In this document: one piece after another, positions 56,540-62,254 of the stretch
Layout: each line of letters opens with the position of its first letter
Position numbering within the stretch: the stretch's first letter is position 1
Assembly (NCBI GenBank): GCA_002796125.1
Contig: PCWA01000015.1
Location: 11,650-73,903 of the forward strand
Direction of reading: 5' to 3'
From: Candidatus Ghiorseimicrobium undicola
GTDB lineage: Bacteria; Omnitrophota; Gorgyraeia; Ghiorseimicrobiales; Ghiorseimicrobiaceae
Length of the DNA: 62,254 nt
Made by a program: the position numbers and the translations under genes
Notes under the pieces: generated by a model
Database searches by the model: none
Seen by the model: only the letters and a program-made list of their open reading frames with translations
Told to the model about the DNA's origin: nothing

Positions 56540-57438
56540 GCTTGTCTAAATTAGGCGAGTTTGCCTTAATTGATAGATTTAAAAGGCTGATAAAGCTTGA
56601 TAAAACTGTCTTTAAAGGTACAGGAGACGATTGCGCGGTTTTGAAATTTGACCGCAAGCATTACCAGCTTTTAACCTCTGATATGATAGTAGAGGGGGTG
56701 GATTTTACCTCCGGCACAAATCCGTATCTGGTGGGCAGAAAAGCAATAGCGGTTTCTGTAAGCGATATTGCCGCCTGCGGAGGAATCCCCGGACATTGTC
56801 TCGTTTCTTTGGCTATGCCGAGACAGACAAAGCTTGAATTTGTTGATAATCTTTTTCGCGGCATGCGGGAGGTAGCGGAAAAATACGGTATAAATATAGT
56901 AGGGGGCGACTTAAGCAGGTCTCGGCAGCTGACTATTGACGTAAGCATGCTGGGGCTGGTTAAGAAAAAAGAGCTGGTATTGAGAAGCGGGGCAAGGGCA
57001 GGTGATTTTATTTTTTTGACCGGCCCGCTGGGAGGCTCATTTAAATCAGGGCATCATTTAAAGTTTACGCCGCGCATAAAAGAATCACGTTATCTGGCAG
57101 AGAATTTTAATTTACATTCCATGGTTGACATATCTGACGGGCTTATCGCCGATTTGGGGCATATTTTGGAAAGAAGCCAAAAAGGCGCGGTGATTTATGA
57201 GGAGCTTATTCCCAAAAATAAATATGCCCTTTCTTTAAAAGACGCTTTGTATTCCGGAGAGGATTTTGAACTGCTCTTTACGTTACCGCAGGATGCGGCA
57301 AGAAGGCTTCTAAAGAAGCAAAAGGGGATGCGTTTTTTTCTCATCGGCCAGATTATCAGCGGGCCGAAAAAGATTTTATTGGTAGATGTCAAAAGGCGAT
57401 GCCGTGAACTTGAAACAAAAGGATTTAGGCATTTTTAA
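56536..57438 (+). CDS. thiL: Thiamine-monophosphate kinase
   Basis: GEFALI, GDDCA, VSDIAACGG, GGD, DISDGL, GEDFELLF. Start ATG 56536 (alternative 56527). Confidence 0.95.
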   Translation: MSLSKLGEFALIDRFKRLIKLDKTVFKGTGDDCAVLKFDRKHYQLLTSDMIVEGVDFTSGTNPYLVGRKAIAVSVSDIAACGGIPGHCLVSLAMPRQTKLEFVDNLFRGMREVAEKYGINIVGGDLSRSRQLTIDVSMLGLVKKKELVLRSGARAGDFIFLTGPLGGSFKSGHHLKFTPRIKESRYLAENFNLHSMVDISDGLIADLGHILERSQKGAVIYEELIPKNKYALSLKDALYSGEDFELLFTLPQDAARRLLKKQKGMRFFLIGQIISGPKKILLVDVKRRCRELETKGFRHF

Positions 57439-57468
57439 TGAGCCCATCCCCAAATTCAAAACCTATTT

Positions 57469-57541
57469 GCGCCCGTAGTTCAATGGATAGAGCACTAGTC
57501 TTCGGAACTAGGTGTTGGGGGTTCGACTCCCTCCGGGCGCG
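57469..57541 (+). tRNA. tRNA-Arg (anticodon TCG), CCA not encoded
   Basis: GCGCCCG/CGGGCGC acceptor, CTAGT/ACTAG stem with loop CTTCGGA, A20 in the D loop, TTCGACT. Confidence 0.95.
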
Positions 57542-57569
57542 CAATAAATATAATAAATACAAGCGTATA

Positions 57570-57598
57570 TTGCAAAACCGGGCGTTCTTTGTTACAAT
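57570..57598 (+). promoter_or_regulatory. Putative sigma70 promoter of tRNA-Lys
   Basis: TTGCAA-17-TACAAT with TGn. Confidence 0.6.
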
Positions 57599-57622
57599 AT
57601 TAATTTCCGATAGCTAAAATTT

Positions 57623-57698
57623 GGGCCATTAGCTCAATTGGTAGAGCAGGACACTCTTAATGTCAAGGTCGATGGTTCGACTCCATCATGGCCCACCA
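57623..57698 (+). tRNA. tRNA-Lys (anticodon CTT), CCA encoded
   Basis: GGGCCAT/ATGGCCC with A73 and CCA; loop CTCTTAA; G27-A43 mismatch. Confidence 0.95.
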
Positions 57699-57702
57699 AA
57701 TA

Positions 57703-57738
57703 AAATCCCTTAGCTGAATAAGTTGGGGATTTCATTTT
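57703..57738 (+). terminator. Probable intrinsic terminator after tRNA-Lys
   Basis: aaatccc...gggattt stem followed by cattttg. Confidence 0.5.
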
Positions 57739-57747
57739 GTATCGTTC

Positions 57748-57776
57748 TTGCAAAAGACTGGATTTTAAGCTAAAAT
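57748..57776 (+). promoter_or_regulatory. Putative sigma70 promoter of archease-rtcB
   Basis: TTGCAA-17-TAAAAT. Confidence 0.55.
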
Positions 57777-57800
57777 GTTTTGTGGTAACAAAACATAATC

Positions 57801-58220
57801 ATGCCTAACTATGAATTCCTAGAGCATACCGCAGATATCGGTATCAGGCTAAACTCCAGGAGCCTGCAAGAATTATTCAAAAATGCCGCTTTGGCGATGT
57901 TTGATATTATTGCTGAAAGGAAGTCCGAAAGCGGTAACCGGGGGCTGGAAAAATTAACCCTTAAACAAGAGGCAGAAAATAAGGAAGAGCTTCTTGTTAA
58001 TTGGCTCAACGAACTCCTTTCCTTATCCAGCGTAAAAGAAATAATATTTACCGATTTTAAGATAGATAAATTAAGCGAAACCGCTTTAGAAGCGGCTGCT
58101 TTTAGCCGGCCGGTTGCAGATTTTACCGTCAATACGGAAATTAAAGCGGCAACCCGCCATGAGTTAAAAATCGAAAAGACGGGTTCCTTATGGCAGGCCG
58201 AAGTTATATTTGATGTTTAA
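57801..58220 (+). CDS. Archease
   Basis: YEFLEHTADIG, LLVNWLNELL, EIKAAT.H, C-terminal FDV. Confidence 0.95.
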   Translation: MPNYEFLEHTADIGIRLNSRSLQELFKNAALAMFDIIAERKSESGNRGLEKLTLKQEAENKEELLVNWLNELLSLSSVKEIIFTDFKIDKLSETALEAAAFSRPVADFTVNTEIKAATRHELKIEKTGSLWQAEVIFDV

Positions 58221-58280
58221 GATACGATTACACTGATTTTTTAGGAATGATTACACGGATTAAAATATGCGAGATGAAAA

Positions 58281-61271
58281 ATGCCTGAGAATTGGCAGGG
58301 AAAATTGGAAAAAATAGATAATTACCGCTGGCGCCTGCCGAAAACATATAAACCGGGCATGCGCGTTGAGGGAATTGTTTATAGCGATGAAAAATTATTA
58401 AAAGATATTTTTCATGATAAGGCATTGGAGCAGGTGGCTAATGTCGCCTTTTTGCCTGGTATTGTAAACGCCTCTTTAGCCATGCCGGATATTCACTGGG
58501 GATACGGTTTCCCTATCGGGGGCGTGGCGGCAACGGATATAGGCGCAGGCGGTGTGGTATCTCCCGGAGGTGTTGGTTTTGATATAAATTGCCTTACCGG
58601 GGAATCAAAAATATTGACCGATAAGGGATTTACGGTAAAGATTAAGGATTTAGAGGCTGATTGGAAGAAGACTAAATTGATAACAATGAACTTTTCAAAA
58701 AAGATTAAGGAAGAAACGGATTTATTTAGATTTATTAAAGTCAGGCCTAAAGAGAAAATTTTGCAAATAACTACTTTCGGAGGCCAGAAAATAAAGGCAA
58801 CGCGAGACCATCCGTTTTGGACCGAAGATGGGATGGTTGCTCTCAAGCGTCTTAAGCAGGGGGACAAGGTCGCGGTTTATCCGTTTGCCGGCGTTGATTT
58901 TGAGAACCCGAGCGACGAGGTTATTATTGACGAAAAAGACGTTTTAAATTTATTGTCGCGCCTGAAGAAAGATTTAGGCGGCAATGCTAAAGCACAGATT
59001 ATCAATCAGTTAAAGAAAAGAGGTTTACTGCCTTTACGATATAATTCTAGCGCGTTGCCTTACTTGATTAAGGTAGCCGGTTACTCTATTGGCGACGGCA
59101 ACGTGCATTTTGTAAAGCTTAGAGGCAAAGGGATAAGCTGGTTTTGGGGAAAGTCTGATGATTTAGAATTAATCAGAAGAGATATAGAAAAAATAGGTTT
59201 TAAGTGTTCTAAGATTTATAGCCGTCAGAGGAAGCACAAGATACAAACGTGGTATGATTTGGTTGAATTTGAGAATCTTGAAAATTCCTGTAAAGTATGC
59301 TCAAGTGCTTTTGCGATAATGCTTGTTTTGCTGGGAGTTCCATTTGGTAATAAAACAGATACGCCGTATTTAATGCCAAAGTGGCTTTTTAGGGCGCCGC
59401 TTTGGCAAAAAAGATTGTTCTTAGCCGCTTATTTTGGAGCGGAGATGAGCGCGCCAAAATCTTTCTTGGAACATGGATATAACCTTTATTGTCCGGTTGT
59501 TTCGATGAATAAACGGGAGTCGTTGGTTGATAATGGAGTTGCGTTTTTGGAAGGGGTATCCAAGCTTTTGTCTGAGTTTGGAATCTCTGCGTTGAAAATA
59601 AGCCGCAATGCTGAATACATATCAAAGAAAGGAACCTTGCATTACCGCCTAAGGTTGATTTTATCTAATAAATCTGAAGACTTGATAAATTTATATAGTA
59701 GGGTAGGATTTGAGTATAACCGGCAAAGGTCTTTTTTGGCTAATACCACGGTACAATTTTTGCGGCATAAAGATGAAATTTTGCGTACGCGTCAAGAAGC
59801 CGAATCAAGCGCTATTGGGCTGCATGCACAGGGTTATAGCGCAGAAAAAATTTATAAAATGTTGGGGTCTAAATTTGTGAATATGAGATTTATTGAAAGG
59901 TCTGTTTATGGAGAGAGAAAGACTGATCCCCGGATTAGTTCCGCCGCTTTAAACTTCGCCGATTTCATTGATGAACATACACAAGGTCTCGGCTATTCCG
60001 GGATGATTTGGGATAAAATAGTTTCTATTGCAGAGTCACCATTTGAAGAATATGTATATGATTTTACTGTTAATCATCAAGACCATAATTTTATTGCTAA
60101 TAATTTCGTGGTTTCAAACTGCGGCGTCAGGCTGTTAAAAACAAACTTGCAATATAATGATGTTAAAGATAAAATCAAGGATTTGACTTGCGTCTTATTT
60201 TCAAACGTGCCCAGCGGGGTCGGCTCAAAGGGCGACATAAGAGTATCGGTTAAGGAGGAGAGAGAAATCCTGCTCAAAGGCGCAGGGTGGGCAGTGGCGA
60301 AAGGCTACGGCATAAAAGAGGATTTAGAATGTACCGAGGAATCCGGCGCGCTTTCCGGCGCGGACCCGGAAGCGGTTTCCGAGCGGGCCTATGAGCGGGG
60401 CAAGGCGCAGTCAGGCACGCTTGGCTCGGGTAATCATTTTCTGGAAATACAAGTGGTTGATCAGCTTTATGACCGCCAGCTCTCAGATGCCTTTGGGCTT
60501 GATTTAGGGCAGGTAATGGTGATGATACATTCCGGCTCGCGAGGCTTTGGCTATCAGATCTGCGATGATTATGCCAGAAGCATGGTGCGCTGCCTGCAGA
60601 ATTACAATATTAATGTGCCGGATAGGCAGCTTGCCTGCGCCCCTGTTAATTCTCCGGAAGCCAAAGCGTATTTAGGGGCAATGAGATGCGCGGCAAATTA
60701 TGCTTGGGCGAACAGGCAGTGCCTGATGCATCTTGCGCGCAGGTGTTTTGAAAAATTTTTTAATGCTTCATGGCAGGGGTTGGGAATGCATCTTATTTAT
60801 GATGTTGCCCATAATATCGCGAAAATAGAAAAATATAATATTGACGGCGAGGAAAAACTATTGTGCGTGCACCGTAAAGGCGCCACTCGGGCATTTGGCC
60901 CCGGAAACCCGGCCTTGCCTCCGAAGTATAAAAATACAGGCCAGCCGGTGATTATCCCCGGCGACATGGGAAGGAATTCTTATCTTTTGGTAGGGACAAA
61001 AAAAGCCGAAGAGGAAACTTTTGGCTCTACCTGCCATGGAGCAGGGCGCCTTAAATCGCGCACAGCGGCAACGCGCTCCGTAAATTTTAGCGCGTTAATG
61101 AAACAATTGGAAGCAAAAGGAATTACGGTGATGGCTTCGGGACGCGGCACGATAGTTGAAGAAGCACCTGAGGCCTATAAGGATGTAAATGAGGTCGTGG
61201 ATGTTGTGCATAGTGCCGGCATATCCAAGCGGGTAGCACGCATGCGTCCCTTAGGCGTAATCAAAGGGTAG
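58281..61271 (+). CDS. rtcB: RNA-splicing ligase RtcB containing an intein
   Basis: MPDIHWGYGFPIGG, VGFDIN|C, GTLGSGNHFLE, HSGSRG, AHN, HRKGAT, STCHGAGR, EEAPEAYK. Confidence 0.97.
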   Translation: MPENWQGKLEKIDNYRWRLPKTYKPGMRVEGIVYSDEKLLKDIFHDKALEQVANVAFLPGIVNASLAMPDIHWGYGFPIGGVAATDIGAGGVVSPGGVGFDINCLTGESKILTDKGFTVKIKDLEADWKKTKLITMNFSKKIKEETDLFRFIKVRPKEKILQITTFGGQKIKATRDHPFWTEDGMVALKRLKQGDKVAVYPFAGVDFENPSDEVIIDEKDVLNLLSRLKKDLGGNAKAQIINQLKKRGLLPLRYNSSALPYLIKVAGYSIGDGNVHFVKLRGKGISWFWGKSDDLELIRRDIEKIGFKCSKIYSRQRKHKIQTWYDLVEFENLENSCKVCSSAFAIMLVLLGVPFGNKTDTPYLMPKWLFRAPLWQKRLFLAAYFGAEMSAPKSFLEHGYNLYCPVVSMNKRESLVDNGVAFLEGVSKLLSEFGISALKISRNAEYISKKGTLHYRLRLILSNKSEDLINLYSRVGFEYNRQRSFLANTTVQFLRHKDEILRTRQEAESSAIGLHAQGYSAEKIYKMLGSKFVNMRFIERSVYGERKTDPRISSAALNFADFIDEHTQGLGYSGMIWDKIVSIAESPFEEYVYDFTVNHQDHNFIANNFVVSNCGVRLLKTNLQYNDVKDKIKDLTCVLFSNVPSGVGSKGDIRVSVKEEREILLKGAGWAVAKGYGIKEDLECTEESGALSGADPEAVSERAYERGKAQSGTLGSGNHFLEIQVVDQLYDRQLSDAFGLDLGQVMVMIHSGSRGFGYQICDDYARSMVRCLQNYNINVPDRQLACAPVNSPEAKAYLGAMRCAANYAWANRQCLMHLARRCFEKFFNASWQGLGMHLIYDVAHNIAKIEKYNIDGEEKLLCVHRKGATRAFGPGNPALPPKYKNTGQPVIIPGDMGRNSYLLVGTKKAEEETFGSTCHGAGRLKSRTAATRSVNFSALMKQLEAKGITVMASGRGTIVEEAPEAYKDVNEVVDVVHSAGISKRVARMRPLGVIKG
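58590..60119 (+). mobile_element. Intein (510 aa, residues 104-613) with LAGLIDADG homing endonuclease
   Basis: Block A CLTGES, block B ATRDHPF, VAGYSIGDG and FLAAYFGAE, block F/G VYDFTV..HNFIANNFVVSN, +1 Cys; removing it leaves a 486-aa RtcB. Confidence 0.95.
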
Positions 61272-61304
61272 TGAAACATATCTTTGTAGAAAGGAAGAAA
61301 AACT

Positions 61305-61670
61305 ATGGACAAAAAAGATATTAATATTACAATAGTAGAAAACGAAGATCCAGAAGTAAAATTTATAAAATTAGAAGGCATTTTGGATGCCTTAACCAGC
61401 GCTAAATTGGATAAATTTATGTTTGAGTTGGTGCGTAAAGGAAATATTTGCCTTATAGTAGATTGTGGGGGCTTGACATATGTTAACAGCACGGGGCTGT
61501 CAAGTTTGATATTGTATCATATACAGATGAAGAGAAGAAGCGGCGCCCTTAAATTAATTAAGCTTAGTGATGTGATTAGGGATTTAATGGATGTTTCAGG
61601 CGCGGATAAGCTTTTAAAAATATATAATAGCAGGGAAGAGGCGGAGAAGGATTGGAAAATCAGCAAATAA
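61305..61670 (+). CDS. STAS domain anti-sigma factor antagonist
   Basis: LEGILDA, VDCGGLTYVNSTGL phosphoacceptor loop. Confidence 0.9.
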   Translation: MDKKDINITIVENEDPEVKFIKLEGILDALTSAKLDKFMFELVRKGNICLIVDCGGLTYVNSTGLSSLILYHIQMKRRSGALKLIKLSDVIRDLMDVSGADKLLKIYNSREEAEKDWKISK

Positions 61671-61700
61671 ATAGAAGCTTTATAACTAACGAGGTTAAAA

Positions 61701-62138
61701 GTGAATAGAATAAAAATAGAAATGCCTGGTGAATTTTTATTTGTAAGAGGCGTAAGGGGCTGCATTGCCAATATCGCGCACAATTTTGCTTTTAGCGACA
61801 GGGAAATATATCATATTGAAACAATTGTTGATGAGGTATGCAATAACGCGATAGAACATGGCGGGAAAAAATCGGAAAAGCCGGAGGAAAACATAATCAG
61901 GCTAGATTGTGTTTTTGATGCCGGTAAGCTGGAATTGGCGGTGACCGATAAAGGCGGCGAAGGTTTTGATTTGGCTGAAATGATTGAAAGTAACAGGAAA
62001 TTAGCTGAGGACGCGGTTAATTTTAACAGGCGGGGAAGAGGTTTGCTTATCGTCTATAAATTCGTAGACGACTTGGACGTAAGCACGAACAGCGAAGGGA
62101 CTACGGTAAGACTGCTTAAGCGCGCAAAGAACAATTGA
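61701..62138 (+). CDS. Anti-sigma factor Ser kinase-like ATP-binding protein (RsbW/SpoIIAB family)
   Basis: EVCNNAIEHG (N box), DKGGEGF, GRGL, GTTV. Confidence 0.88.
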   Translation: MNRIKIEMPGEFLFVRGVRGCIANIAHNFAFSDREIYHIETIVDEVCNNAIEHGGKKSEKPEENIIRLDCVFDAGKLELAVTDKGGEGFDLAEMIESNRKLAEDAVNFNRRGRGLLIVYKFVDDLDVSTNSEGTTVRLLKRAKNN

Positions 62139-62254
62139 TATTTTTAGATGCCGGCAACACGGTATTTTACAAATTACTATCCATGCTCTGCGGGTTCCTT
62201 CGCAAAATGAATGATACGAGATAGATAACTTCTCGGTAAAGGTGGGTTAGGTAT

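Noticed and set aside
62135-62224. 29-codon ORF beginning LIFLDAGNTVF (HAD motif I-like), and a minus-strand frame ending near 62170
   Set aside because: Too short, and cut by an early stop or the window edge; cannot be told from chance without flanking sequence.

Overview
A bacterial chromosomal window made up mostly of core genes, nearly all on the + strand. The organism is an anaerobic diderm. Its gene fusions (LpxC-FabZ, TsaC-phosphatase, Zn-ribbon SpoVG) suggest a PVC-group lineage such as Candidatus Omnitrophota; this is inference only. In order, the window holds: a pur operon interrupted by a REP-associated-type HUH (Y1) transposase; tsaC-ptp/rpiB/glyA/nrdR; an RNA end-processing cluster (DUF151 nuclease, probable CC-adding enzyme, Macro-Nudix fusion, RtcA, TtcA); por genes; hisG; a split transketolase; ispE-spoVG-tRNA-Gln-glmU-prs-rplY-pth; rpsF-ssb-rpsR-rplI-dnaB; bamA-skp-lpx; tsaE-tsaB-alr; lptFG; pyrE to thiL; two tRNAs; archease with an intein-containing RtcB; and a STAS/anti-sigma kinase pair. 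The most unusual signal is non-coding. (1) The transposase gene is bracketed by two copies of a 37-bp palindrome. (2) A family of two alternating hairpin modules (type 1 and type 2) forms mosaic arrays at four loci; three begin exactly in the upstream stop codon and three end 1-2 nt before the downstream ATG. (3) Heptamer tandem repeats occur both in intergenic inverted pairs and in-frame inside genes, and one set sits beside a truncated four-helix-bundle gene. Several start codons were moved from the ORF track. Small features missing from the track were added: three tRNAs, a bS22/mS38-like ORF, an H-box peptide and a pseudogene. All calls rest on motif recognition by eye; no database search was run.
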